Shown: positions 11,743 to 22,957, counted from the whole stretch's first letter. The stretch: 63,587 nucleotides of DNA, filler included, from Trichomonas gallinae (GCA_008369845.1; 8 parts of 8 records of this genome joined end to end with filler, not necessarily neighbours in it); one strand, 5' to 3'. Translations and numbers: made by a program. Notes: generated by a model from the letters alone, not told the origin.

Positions 11743-12016
11743 CTAGTTTTATATTTTGTTTTATGAAATAAATTTAGAATTTTTGAAAATAATCATTTAA
11801 TCCAAAATTGCACAAAAAATCTATAAAATATTCATGATATTATGGGATTTTGTTGAAGTAAAATAGCTGATTTACGTATATTAAAAATTGATTATGAAAT
11901 TATTTGGAAATAATTCATGAATGAGAATGATTCGGCATGGAATTGAGCTCAAAAATATCATTGAATCATGCTGTTCAATGGTTATTGGCCAGTTTTCCCA
12001 TAAAAAAATAAATCAA

Positions 12017-12265
12017 ATGTCGAAAGCCGACGCAAAACAAGCTGAAACACAGAAGAAAACAGAAGAACCAAAGAAAGAAGCTGTTGCCAAAGGTGTAGCA
12101 GCTGATGAAAAGGATGAAAAAGAGCCAGAGCCTGTTTGGCATGATAGATTAGCAAAAGCAAGGGCTGCAAGGCAGCAAAACAAGATAAGACGCGAGAAAA
12201 CTAACGAAATCAGAAGGAAAAATCTTCTGAAGATCAGAACTCCTAAAACAGAAGAAAAAGAATAA
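12017..12265 (+). CDS. small charged hypothetical protein (MSKADAKQ...)
   Basis: ATG after an A-rich leader with TCA; coding-like composition; stop TAA followed by A (trichomonad UAAA polyA signal). Confidence 0.6.
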   Translation: MSKADAKQAETQKKTEEPKKEAVAKGVAADEKDEKEPEPVWHDRLAKARAARQQNKIRREKTNEIRRKNLLKIRTPKTEEKE

Positions 12266-12394
12266 ATTTGTTAATGAAAATCAGTTTTACCTTCATGACT
12301 ATCACTCTGCTAGTCCATAATAATTACTGCTTGATTTTATTTCATTCAAATTCGATTTTTTATTTTTGATATTATTATTTATCATCTTAAAAGT

Positions 12395-12710
12395 TAATTT
12401 TACTGATATACAATATAATATGCGACCAAAAAAATCGAAATACAAACTTATTTTTATCTAATTTTAATTTTTTATTTTTTTGGAAAAAAATTAATCGCGA
12501 TACTATAATTTACTGACATATAATAGAATATATGAACAGAAAAATCGAGATATTGACTTATTTATATCAATTTAAATTTATGAAAAAAATATCAATCGCA
12601 ATAATATAATTTACTGATATATAGTAGAATATGTGAACAAATAAAACCAAATATTGATATATTTTAATCTAATATTCTTTTTGGAAAAATATTAATCGTA
12701 AATAAATATT
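12395..12710. repeat. three degenerate tandem copies of a ~100-110 bp AT-rich unit
   Basis: TAATTTACTGAYATA..AATAT..GA.CA..AAA..TTAATCG recurs near 12395, 12507 and 12607. Confidence 0.7.
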
Positions 12711-12858
12711 TTAAATATAATTTTTATAATAAGTTGATGATTATATTGTTGTATAAAATAAATAGATTGATTGTTGATAAAAATATTTATGAAAATAATA
12801 TAAAATAACAAATTTTGACTGGTAGTTGTTGACTTCACCATAAACAAGATGAAATGCA

Positions 12859-13983
12859 TTAAAATTCTTCGCTGATTGTTCTGTTGAAAAATGATGAATC
12901 GGATAAATAATTCAAACTCGACAAAACAGAGTCACTCGTTCTTATTCCTGGGTTGTTGTTCTTCTTTCCTCTTGACGGGAATTTTTCTTGCAGGAACTTG
13001 TCATAAACTTCAATAACTTTATCATGTTTTTGAACTTTCGCCCAATCATAAGGAGTTCTCTTGATTTTGTCTTTTGCGTCCGGATCTGCGCCAGCATAGA
13101 GCAATATCTCAACTACAGCGCTAGATCCGTTCTCTGCGGCCCTGTGAAGCGGAGTTTCTTGCAATCTATTTCTAGTATCAACTAATGCGCCTCTATCTAG
13201 CAAAAGAAGAACAGCTTTCTCTTGTGTAAGCCATGCTGCCATGTGTAGTGGTGTATTTCCTAACGGATCTTGTAAATTTACATCTGCTCCTCTATCTAAA
13301 AGAATTGTGAGAATATCAAGTCTATAGTTCTGTATGGCTATATGTATTGGTGCTTTTCCTTTAAACATTCCGTTGATATCTGCTTCATAATCTAATAAAT
13401 CTGTTAATGTGTCGATATCTCCTGTTGTACATGAAATTTGGAGTGGTGTTCCTTCATCATTGGGCATAGATGGATTAGCACCTACCTGAAGTAAGAATTT
13501 TACGATATCATTGTTTGAACATTGACAAGCTCTGTGCAAAGGCGAGCAATTGTACTTATCTATAATAGAAATGTCGGCACCACTCGAATGGAGGAACTCA
13601 ACAATCTCAATATGCCCAAACCAGCTCGCTAATGCAATTGCTGTATAACCTTCTGCTGTAACTAAGTTTACATTGGCAGATCTGTGAATTATTTCTTCTA
13701 CAAGCTCGTAATAACCGTGTTTGGATGCAAAATGAAGAGCAGTCCATCCTCTGTTATTTGCCTGATCAGGATCAGTACCTGAATCAAGTAGAAACTTCAA
13801 GCAATTCATGCTTCCGTATGATGCGCATATATGGATAAGGTTAAATGTTTGTGAATGAAAATCAAATATCTCAACATCCGGAATTTTCGTTTGTAGCTTT
13901 GGTCCTTTCGTCAGTTCGCGTGATAAAAGCTTAAGATTGTCTGTTTTGCAACAATGCACACATAATTCAATGTCTGTGAGCAT
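12859..13983 (-). CDS. ankyrin repeat protein
   Basis: about 8 ankyrin repeats (GWTALHFAS, GNTPLHMAA, ETPLHRAAENG). Confidence 0.95.
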   Translation of the reverse strand: MLTDIELCVHCCKTDNLKLLSRELTKGPKLQTKIPDVEIFDFHSQTFNLIHICASYGSMNCLKFLLDSGTDPDQANNRGWTALHFASKHGYYELVEEIIHRSANVNLVTAEGYTAIALASWFGHIEIVEFLHSSGADISIIDKYNCSPLHRACQCSNNDIVKFLLQVGANPSMPNDEGTPLQISCTTGDIDTLTDLLDYEADINGMFKGKAPIHIAIQNYRLDILTILLDRGADVNLQDPLGNTPLHMAAWLTQEKAVLLLLDRGALVDTRNRLQETPLHRAAENGSSAVVEILLYAGADPDAKDKIKRTPYDWAKVQKHDKVIEVYDKFLQEKFPSRGKKNNNPGIRTSDSVLSSLNYLSDSSFFNRTISEEF

Positions 13984-14018
13984 TTTTTCGAAATAAAATC
14001 TTTGTTTACGTTATCTAA

Positions 14019-14077
14019 TGTCACTTTTTAATCATTTGTCACTTTTAATAACACTTTTAAGATTTGTCACTTTTAAT
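14019..14077 (-). promoter_or_regulatory. tandem AAAAGTGACA motifs upstream of the ankyrin gene
   Basis: TGTCACTTTT at 14019, 14037 and 14065 plus one variant, 35-95 bp upstream of the ATG. Confidence 0.5.
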
Positions 14078-14924
14078 GATGATGCTTTTGAATTAATTGT
14101 TACAAAATATAGGGGAGTTTTTTTTTTTGGCACAATATAGGGGAGTCTTTACATTTTTAGTTCCCTTTTCCTGTGGTCGAATTACTTATTCTTCACAATG
14201 TTGACAACGTTTGGATCCGTTATGTTGGCGAGAGTGATAAATACAATTCCTACAACGATAATCAAAAAAACGAAAATCAGCGGCCCAGGTAATATCTTTG
14301 TTTTCTTTACTACATTTATCGATCTACATCCTGATGGATCCATCAGGGTTACAAAAGATGCTACAAAAAACGTTATTACATCCAAATCTTTCTTTACTAG
14401 CTAATTCGCCACAGATAATGGTGGATCTATTTATGTCAAGGATGGCTCCTGCATCCAATATCATACTTGCAGCATAAACTCTTCTATTTCTGGCAACAGC
14501 TGTTACAAAATTATCCACTGTTAACCTCGAGCTGGATTAGACCAAACAAGTCCGCTGATAAGTTTCGAGTATTCGTTTCTGTTAAGTTGATGTTGACCAA
14601 AAATGATCCACTAGAGAATGTCAAGGGATTGGAAGTGAAAATGCTGCATCAAATGATTGTTGCGAGTCTGCGGCTTGAAACAGATTTCATGACGAACAAA
14701 GATGAATTTCATTGTATTTCTTTTTTCATTCTTGCTTCGATGCAAAAGTTTGGAAGTGCTGAGTCAATCAACGACACTGGTTAGTCTTCTTTTCACAATC
14801 GGAATGTTAATATAAAATGCAGTGTATTTCTTTATTTTATAATAAATAAACTCGAATGAGAAATGCTGATATTATTGATGTAGTTTAAACCACAAAGCAA
14901 CTTGCTATCAATCTTTCTCATCAT

Positions 14925-15002
14925 TTAAGGGTGCAGTTACGCCCACTCGTAAACTTCAGAAATTTTTGACACTCCTTTTTTTGGTGTATTTTTGTACCTA
15001 TT
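14925..15002 (+). mobile_element. possible Kolobok-like DNA transposon terminus at a contig end
   Basis: TTAA|GGGTGCAGTTACGCCCACTC, 18/24 identical to the reverse-strand terminus ending at 44857; points into a gap. Confidence 0.35.
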
Positions 15003-15102
15003 NNNNNNNNNNNNNNNNNNNNNNNNNNNNNNNNNNNNNNNNNNNNTTAATTAATTAANNNNNNNNNNNNNNNNNNNNNNNNNNNNNNNNNNNNNNNNNN
15101 NN
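15003..15102. other. artificial contig linker
   Basis: 44 N + TTAATTAATTAA (stops in all six frames) + 44 N. Confidence 0.98.
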
Positions 15103-15143
<41 letters not shown>

Positions 15144-15460
15144 AGAAAGGATAAAAAATAAATCCCGCAAACAATTATATTAAATAATAAGCAATGCAAT
15201 GGCATAAAAATCTTTTGAACTTCATCAAATGTAGTGTAGTCTTAAATTAACATTGTTTCTATGTTATATACAACCAAATAATCATAAATGCAAAAGGACA
15301 GACTTTGCCGCCAAACTAACGAAAAAATAAAAATTATTAATTTCCTTTTTCAGAGCCTTATTTTGCAAAACGCGTTTTTGTCTTATAACAAAAACGAAGC
15401 GACAAAAATTAGAGAAAAAAATTAGAATTCCGGTTTTTGAGGGAAACCGCTGAATAATGC

Positions 15461-16519
15461 ATGGCGCTGACGAATAATAAGGCAGCGTCAAACCTTGAGG
15501 CCGAAATCGCCCGCGAGGACGAGCTCAGGGATGCAATATACAAATTTAACGTCAAACCGAGAAATGGAATTATACACCTTATGTCGGCATTGGGATCAGA
15601 TGGATCTCCACAGTCAATTGCGCACATTATGCATATGATGAATGGATTAGAGGGACAGAAAATAGGTGAATATTTAGCAAAGCCAGATAATGCAGAAATC
15701 TTACGATGTTATTTTCGTGAATTAAATTTAAGGCTACCCTTTCTTCAAGCAATGAGATCAGCGCTATCAGGAAGAATGCAATTACCACAAGAATCAAATA
15801 GCATAGATCAATGTTTAACCATTTTTGCAGAAATTTATTGTGAGCAAAATCCAGAGACAAAACTAGATTTTAACACAGCGAATATTCTTGCAGTCTCTAT
15901 CATTATGCTCAATACAGATTTGCATAGTCCAAACGTTCCTCGAAGAATGACACCCCTCAATTTTATCAGCAACATTCGAGGATGTTTAAGTGCGGATACT
16001 ATACCAGATATGGAACTTGTAAATATGTATAACGATATTAAAGAACGAGAATTTATGTACAGCGGTTTATCCAGAGTTACAATGGCACTTTGTGCCCCAG
16101 AGATTAAAGGCTGGTTATCCAAGAAGCAGGACTCCTGGACAAGTTACTGGACCCAACACTTTTTCATTCTAACAAACTCCTGTCTTTACTATTTCCCGAA
16201 GGCCGGAGGAGAAGCGGACCCTCTTGGAATCATCCAGCTTACAGATGTTCAAGTTACAGAAAGCGACCCAGCCAAAAAGAGAATTCTTATCGATGCTGGA
16301 AAAGGCGAAATTCAATACGTTAAATTTCAAAAGAAACGCCCGACAAGGATAAACGGAGTTAAGAGAATATTTTTAGAAGTTAAAGAAGGAAATTACCAGA
16401 AATGGTTTTACAGAATGCGTCAATCTGTAGTATATTCTAACTTTAACAACCAATCCGTCGCACGTATGGCTCGCCCAACAGATCCAGTGATGTCTGGAAC
16501 TGATTTAGAAGGTTTCTAA
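15461..16519 (+). CDS. cytohesin-like ARF guanine-nucleotide exchange factor (Sec7 + PH)
   Basis: FNVKPRNGI, IGEYL, LPQES (Glu finger), IIMLNTDLHSPNV..M..FI, then PH motif GWLSK..W..FILTNSCLYYF. Confidence 0.92.
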   Translation: MALTNNKAASNLEAEIAREDELRDAIYKFNVKPRNGIIHLMSALGSDGSPQSIAHIMHMMNGLEGQKIGEYLAKPDNAEILRCYFRELNLRLPFLQAMRSALSGRMQLPQESNSIDQCLTIFAEIYCEQNPETKLDFNTANILAVSIIMLNTDLHSPNVPRRMTPLNFISNIRGCLSADTIPDMELVNMYNDIKEREFMYSGLSRVTMALCAPEIKGWLSKKQDSWTSYWTQHFFILTNSCLYYFPKAGGEADPLGIIQLTDVQVTESDPAKKRILIDAGKGEIQYVKFQKKRPTRINGVKRIFLEVKEGNYQKWFYRMRQSVVYSNFNNQSVARMARPTDPVMSGTDLEGF

Positions 16520-17200
16520 GCGTAATCTGTTTTTTAATTTTTGTTTGAATTTTAAATAAATCTTAGATATTTTTATCAGTAGATACGACGTGTTTGGCAG
16601 AGCTCAATCCTTAAGTTTCACGACTTGTCAATGGAGAGAAAAAAAATTATCAAACGATTTACATGTCATAATTTGATTTTTTGACAAACATTATTTGTCA
16701 GTCAAAAAAAAAAAAAAAGTAATGAAACATTGATGATGCCAATAAATATGACTCAAACTAATACATTAAGACATATGCATCCTAGAGTATCTATGAGTAT
16801 GATAACTAATCAGTGGCATCATCGGGTAAATTTTTACACATTTTTTTAACAATGAAAGCAGCAATGATTATAATTCTATGAAGAAGACTTGTTTCTTAAT
16901 GAAATTAGCTTTATCATTGCTTAGTATTATCTACAAAATTAAATTATTTTTTTTTTTGACAAATGTCAAAACTCCACCAATTTTTATTTTAACATATTAT
17001 AGATAACATTCAGAGTTTTGTAGCTGATGGACAAGTCATTATGATAGTTTATTACATGCTATTGATTGCTATATCATTGGAATGTGTTAATATTTCGATA
17101 TTTAATATGAAAAATGAATTTGTTTATTATTGTGTCAAAAAAAAAAAAAACATTGAATCGAAAATAATCGTTAAAAAATTTTTAATGTTAAAAAAAATCA

Positions 17201-17425
17201 ATGAATAACTACCTTCCGAGTGGATACAAAAGCCTTCAAGAATTTATCATTTACAGCCGTGTTTCAACTTCAAGAATCCCCCCTGTTTGCCCTGTACCAG
17301 CAAAACTTCCAGATAAAGTAGACATAATTCCAAATAGAAACCAATACTATGAAGCTTTCATGGAAGCAGATGTACATCCTACACTACTTGAAAAGCCGGC
17401 TTTTCTGCCTGATAACAAAGTATAA
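17201..17425 (+). CDS. small hypothetical protein (74 aa)
   Basis: GC-richer ORF in an AT-rich flank; AAAAAATCA-ATG start context; TAAA stop. Confidence 0.5.
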   Translation: MNNYLPSGYKSLQEFIIYSRVSTSRIPPVCPVPAKLPDKVDIIPNRNQYYEAFMEADVHPTLLEKPAFLPDNKV

Positions 17426-17916
17426 AGTGAAGATACATCAACAAAAATCGCATCTCCATGATAACAATGTAAAATATCACAAAAATTTTATTACTCAACT
17501 CATAACTTGAAAAAAAAAAAACACTGATGTTAACAATTTGATATAATTTAATTTCTAATTTGTTTTATATATTGTTAGTATACGCGTTATATAAAAATCT
17601 TTTCACTTAAAAATCATGATTTCTCAATCAATAAAATTATTTTTTTATGAAATTATAAAATCACGACTTTACAAGCAAATTATACACTAATTTATGAGTT
17701 AAATATGATGCTGAAACCATTATATGGCTTAAATTTCGATTTTTTTTTTTTAATTTTAATTTTTCAAGAAATCTCTAATATATGACTTAAACACAATGAA
17801 AAGATGGTATATTTAAGTTTTCTTAAAATGTATTAAAATAAAATTATGAAATCTTCAAAAATGGACAATTTTATAATAAAAATTGGTTGTTTTGGTTGTT
17901 ACAGCATCGTGTAGTA

Positions 17917-19899
17917 ATGATTTTGTTCATTTTTTTAAATATGTGGGTGATTTCTATATTCACCGGAATCTGGTGGGCATATGAATTCATTACACTTATT
18001 TTACAGAATAGATTCGACTTTTTAACTAGAGTCGTCGTCTCTGTTCCTCTTGGAATCCTTTATCAAAGTTTATATATTTTCGTTGTGCAAGTTTATATAC
18101 CTTGGGGCTACAAACTTACATTAATCGTCGATTCAACACTTGCAGCGATGGCTTTGCTATTCCAATTTCTCGGGAGAAAAGCACATCCGTCTTTGGTAAT
18201 TCGATTAACATATGTAGACTTATTTTCGCTTGGAGTTTCAATTATTTGGCTTATATTCAGGATGGATTTCATCAATCTACACGGAGAAGGCGAATCTGGA
18301 GGCGCTTGCTACTCAGATCACGCATTTCACTTCAATTTAATTACTTCGTTCGCAATTGGCATAAATAAGAACAGAAAATCGATATTTGACATTGAATTTC
18401 CAATATCAGCAGGAGATAAGCTTTCTTATCCATGTCTTCCGAATTTTTATACTTCTTTCTTAGCTGCATCTTGCAACTTAGGATTTAGAATGGCATTCAG
18501 GATACCTACTTTCCTCGTTGGCATTTCATGGTTTTATCTTTTGCATCATTTTATCAAATCTTTTTGCAAGTCTTCTTTCGCGGCTGCAATAGGTTTGCCG
18601 CTTTGGGTTTTCAGTGGTGGACTCGGTTGGCTCGAAATTTTCGAAAATGGCTTCTTAAATTATTATTCTGCGCCAAATTACATACACAGATGGTCTAGAG
18701 TCAAAGATGTCTTCTGGTTCCAATCTATGTCTCACATATTCAACCCACAACGCTCAGCTACGTTCGTTTTGCCTCTCTGCGGAATAACTTATTTATGTCT
18801 ATGGCACGGCACGAAAAAGTTCGATTGGAGGTATTTTGTTATTGCTGCACTTGCAGTGGGTATTATGCCGCAAACACAAGTCCACGCTTACGTTTCATTA
18901 GCATTTTTTTCAATTTTCCTCGCAGTTACGACTTTTAGCTTTAAATACTTCAAGAAGATGATTGGTTGCTGGTTGTTATACGGAATACTTGCGAATTTAA
19001 TTGCATTTCCGTTCATGGTTCCTTATGCGATTCGAACAGTCGAAAACAAAGAGTTTGTCGTTTACAAACCAGTTTGGACGAATCCTACATTCGGACAAGG
19101 AGGTTTCTTCCACATATTTTGGAATGCTTTAGGTTGTACAGGAGCAATTTCATTGATTTTCGGATTTGTTTATTCAAATGCCCAACAGACCAGATATTAT
19201 CTAGCTACTTTCCCTGTCCTCTTGATAGCAGCAACCATTATGTTCCAACCGTGGGAATTGGATAATACAAAAATTTTGCATGACGGATGGTTCCCAGTTG
19301 CTGTTGCATTCACAGCCAACTACCTTACAAAGCTCATTTCCAAAACCAAAAACTTCGTTTTCATGTTTGTAATTTCGGTTATTTATCTTTCGATGATTAT
19401 ATCAGGACTCATCAATCTTTACACAACAGAAAGCTTTTTAGTGCCATTCTACAATTCACACAACAAAGAAGCAGGCCAATGGACAGCGGAAAACACGCCA
19501 GTTCACGCGATTTTCCATTATCACAAGCATGTAATATGTCCTTCCGCTTGTTTCGCAGGCAGGGTCATTTTCAGCGGGTATCCAGGGTGGACACAGAGCC
19601 ATGGGGTCACAAACACTACGCGCGCTAGTTCCTTCTTTTCTTTGGATGAAGGTAACAATATAAACGAGTACAAAAAATACGACATTAAATATGCATGGAA
19701 AAGTGAAACTCAGCCTGACTTCAATTCAAAGTTCATGGAGCTGATAATGGAAAGAGGCACCCATAGGCTGTATAAGGTCATGGATAACCCGCCATCGAGT
19801 CCTGATGAAGAAGTTCAATCGACTGATACAAATAAAGTTGGAAAAGTTAAGCCAGCAAACAAAAAGAAGAAAAGATCCAAGAGAACATTCAATTTCTAA
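17917..19899 (+). CDS. polytopic membrane protein, probable GT-C-fold glycosyltransferase
   Basis: about 12-14 hydrophobic segments; luminal SDHAFH..ITSF..YP motif; PQRS and FQPWELDNTK motifs; soluble C-terminal domain; first ATG at 17917. Confidence 0.6.
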   Translation: MILFIFLNMWVISIFTGIWWAYEFITLILQNRFDFLTRVVVSVPLGILYQSLYIFVVQVYIPWGYKLTLIVDSTLAAMALLFQFLGRKAHPSLVIRLTYVDLFSLGVSIIWLIFRMDFINLHGEGESGGACYSDHAFHFNLITSFAIGINKNRKSIFDIEFPISAGDKLSYPCLPNFYTSFLAASCNLGFRMAFRIPTFLVGISWFYLLHHFIKSFCKSSFAAAIGLPLWVFSGGLGWLEIFENGFLNYYSAPNYIHRWSRVKDVFWFQSMSHIFNPQRSATFVLPLCGITYLCLWHGTKKFDWRYFVIAALAVGIMPQTQVHAYVSLAFFSIFLAVTTFSFKYFKKMIGCWLLYGILANLIAFPFMVPYAIRTVENKEFVVYKPVWTNPTFGQGGFFHIFWNALGCTGAISLIFGFVYSNAQQTRYYLATFPVLLIAATIMFQPWELDNTKILHDGWFPVAVAFTANYLTKLISKTKNFVFMFVISVIYLSMIISGLINLYTTESFLVPFYNSHNKEAGQWTAENTPVHAIFHYHKHVICPSACFAGRVIFSGYPGWTQSHGVTNTTRASSFFSLDEGNNINEYKKYDIKYAWKSETQPDFNSKFMELIMERGTHRLYKVMDNPPSSPDEEVQSTDTNKVGKVKPANKKKKRSKRTFNF

Positions 19900-20471
19900 T
19901 ACTTTTATATATTGTTTGTAATAAATTTATATTTCATCAAAAATATTTTGTATTCGATAGCTTTATTTATCATGAAACTAATAATTATGCAAAGATAAAC
20001 GGATTTTTATATTTTCAACTATTATTTCATGAAAATTTTAATTCAATTTTGAAATTTCGTTTTAATGCATGTAATAACCCAGAATCATAAAATAATATAT
20101 GTAAAACTATGATTTTGGTAAAGAGATTTGTATTAACAGCGTTGTTTTGTGATGATTTAATCAAAACTTTGATCCATATATAGTTTTGTCTATTTAACTT
20201 TGTCAAACGCTATTTTTGCTTAAAATGATTTGATTTCATACTATAAGAACTGTTTTTCTGTTTTAATTTTAAATATTATTTGTAACTTATTAATCAATAG
20301 AGAAAATGTGATGATACTGTTTAATCATTCAATTATATGATGTAAATGATCAAAGAAAATCAAAATATAATTCTTGAATCAATTCATATTGATTTCTTGC
20401 TAAAACTAAGAATTATATATGGAGGAAAGAAGATTGAATACAATAGATAAAACAAATAAATGTATATTTTA

Positions 20472-21761
20472 TTACTCTATTTTCGATATTAATTCTTCAG
20501 CCAAAGCAATACATTCCTGGCTGTAATTTCCTCCCTCATCATTTATAATGGCGCACAAATTCTCCTCCAACACGCTCTCCATATCAGAAATCGCCGCTTT
20601 CACTTCGTTGCCTCTCTCAAAGAAAAACAACAAAACAGTCATTATTTCGAAAACTACTTCATTCAACTCACTGCAACTCGCCAGTTTCTGTATCATCTGA
20701 GTAGTGATGTACTCACAGTCAACTGACAGGACGCAGTAGGCCTTGATCAGTGATGTTAAAGTGTGTATATTCCAAGTTGAACTGCAAATTAACTTCTCGA
20801 GGAAGTCCAATAAATTTTTGTCGAAAATTTCATGCCATTCTTCATGATAAATAACAAGTAATTGACATGTGTATCTTATGCATGGACTTCTCATTTCATT
20901 TGCGAACGATTTGAGCAAAATGTAGCCGTATTCTGGTGATAATTCTTTTGTTTTTGTTAATAATTTAAGAATTGATGTGTATTGACCTGGAAATTGGTAT
21001 GAAACGTTGATTAAATTGAAAAGTTGGACAGTAAATACATCAGATGTTATTGAATCCGGATTATTATTAATAAGGTTATACAATGTTGTCAAAACTGGTT
21101 CTCCAATTGAGCACAGAAGCTCTTCATTTGATGTCATAGCTATAATAATGTTAGAAAAATATGTAATAAATTCATTAATAATATCTTGATTTGGTAATTC
21201 AAACTGCAAAATCTCTTCAAGTAACTCAATCAGATAATATTGCGGTTCTTTTTGCATAATTATTTCAATAATATGGCATTCAAGGCAAAAATCACTCATT
21301 TTCCTGGATTGTCGGAAAATTGCGATTAAAATATAGGAAGAAGCTTTGCAAACGTATTGATTTGCGCTACCTAGGTTATCCAGAATAAATTTTAAGCGTT
21401 CTTCGTTGATAAATTTATTAACTTCAAAAGTTTTTGAATCGCATGCATAACCTATACTTCTAAATGCGGAAGCTTGTATATCTTCATCTTGTAATTCCAT
21501 TGCGTATTTAAAAAACAGCTCAAACGGGAAATTATTAAGAAAGTAATTATGAACATAACTAGAGTTCGAATTTTCATGAATATAAATAATTTCATTGATA
21601 GTGCTTTCAATATCACAGCTTCCTTCCGTCATTTGCTGAAACAATTCGTTTAATCGACTACACTGTCTTTGTTCATTCGTCAAAATATTTGTCTTTCGCT
21701 GCTGAGGAATGTGAAATTCAGAAATATTCGTTTTCCGGTTTTCTGATTCCAAAGCATGCAT
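20472..21761 (-). CDS. ARM/HEAT-like helical repeat hypothetical protein
   Basis: 429-aa ORF with an all-helical amphipathic pattern (IQASAFRSIGYAC, VCKASSYILIAI). Confidence 0.65.
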   Translation of the reverse strand: MHALESENRKTNISEFHIPQQRKTNILTNEQRQCSRLNELFQQMTEGSCDIESTINEIIYIHENSNSSYVHNYFLNNFPFELFFKYAMELQDEDIQASAFRSIGYACDSKTFEVNKFINEERLKFILDNLGSANQYVCKASSYILIAIFRQSRKMSDFCLECHIIEIIMQKEPQYYLIELLEEILQFELPNQDIINEFITYFSNIIIAMTSNEELLCSIGEPVLTTLYNLINNNPDSITSDVFTVQLFNLINVSYQFPGQYTSILKLLTKTKELSPEYGYILLKSFANEMRSPCIRYTCQLLVIYHEEWHEIFDKNLLDFLEKLICSSTWNIHTLTSLIKAYCVLSVDCEYITTQMIQKLASCSELNEVVFEIMTVLLFFFERGNEVKAAISDMESVLEENLCAIINDEGGNYSQECIALAEELISKIE

Positions 21762-22764
21762 TTTTTTTATAAATTATAATTGTTTACCAAAAATTTTACG
21801 ATTATTTCCAATTGAAAATATATAATACATGATTTTAATTTAAATTCAACTACATATCATGATTTTATTCCTAAATTTATCATCAATACGAGTTTTTTGA
21901 CTTTTTAAATTTCCCAAATTCAAAATTTTTCTAAATTATTTGTATAATTATGTAATTTTTTATCTTTATTTCTTAATAACATCAAAATAGAAATTAAAGG
22001 CCATTTAATTCCGCCCCCGGGGTCTGAATTTAATAGCGAATATCATGCCCACTGTTTTTGCCGTGGCGGGAATGTCATTAAGACAAGTGAGGCCATGTAC
22101 TTTTCGACTGTAGATGTTAAGTCTTCTGTTGTAGCTGACTCTTTTTCCAGCAAGAAAGCAAACATGGGGGCTGATAGACCCTGTTTTTAGGCCCGAGAAA
22201 AAAACGGTTAACCATCCCTTAATATTCAATGAGTAAAATTATTGACTGAAAAAGCCATTAAAATGCGAAACTAAGCTGCATTTGTATATATTGTGCATGA
22301 TTCTGTAAGGTCTTTTCCCCTTTAAAAACTAGCAGAAAACAGCGTTTTGGAGTCCAGCATTTTTTTGTCAACAAAACCGAAAGAATAGTTAAATTTTCTT
22401 TTCAAATTTCGAATTTTTCTAATTTTTATTTTTTTATGGCCTTTTTATAATCGATAGTTTTATAATATTTTAGTTGTTTCATATGAATTTCAACGAAAAT
22501 TTACGATTTAGTTGATATTCGATATTTTGATAAAAATATTGCGAAGAAAATTAAAAAAATATTAACGTGAAAAATATTACATAGATGTAGCAAGTCAATA
22601 ACGCCATTGACGAGTTTACACATTGAATTTTTTTGTTTTACTTTCGAAGAAATTAGCCCATAGATAAACATCTGTCTATGAAGGAGTAGTATATGAAGTG
22701 TGATATATAGGTTTACTTAAAATTCTTCAGTGTAGGGCTCGTTTCTCCGTTCCTCTCCCTCCAC

Positions 22765-22864
22765 NNNNNNNNNNNNNNNNNNNNNNNNNNNNNNNNNNNN
22801 NNNNNNNNTTAATTAATTAANNNNNNNNNNNNNNNNNNNNNNNNNNNNNNNNNNNNNNNNNNNN
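22765..22864. other. artificial contig linker
   Basis: 44N-TTAATTAATTAA-44N. Confidence 0.98.
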
Positions 22865-22957
22865 AATGCTAGATTCCCATCAAAAAAATCCCGGTGGAGT
22901 TTTCTTGGGCTCTACTGTAGCGTCGAACCTGACACGTTTTATAAAGAGGGGCCATTT

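Noticed and set aside
14182..14784. Short ORFs and an 18-bp perfect palindrome (CCTGATGGATCCATCAGG, 14330-14347)
   Set aside because: No recognisable protein in any frame; probably decayed coding DNA, and a single short palindrome is not enough evidence
15103..15142. Long poly-A run as a retroposon tail
   Set aside because: Lies at a contig start with no upstream context; cannot be told apart from a homopolymer-caused assembly break
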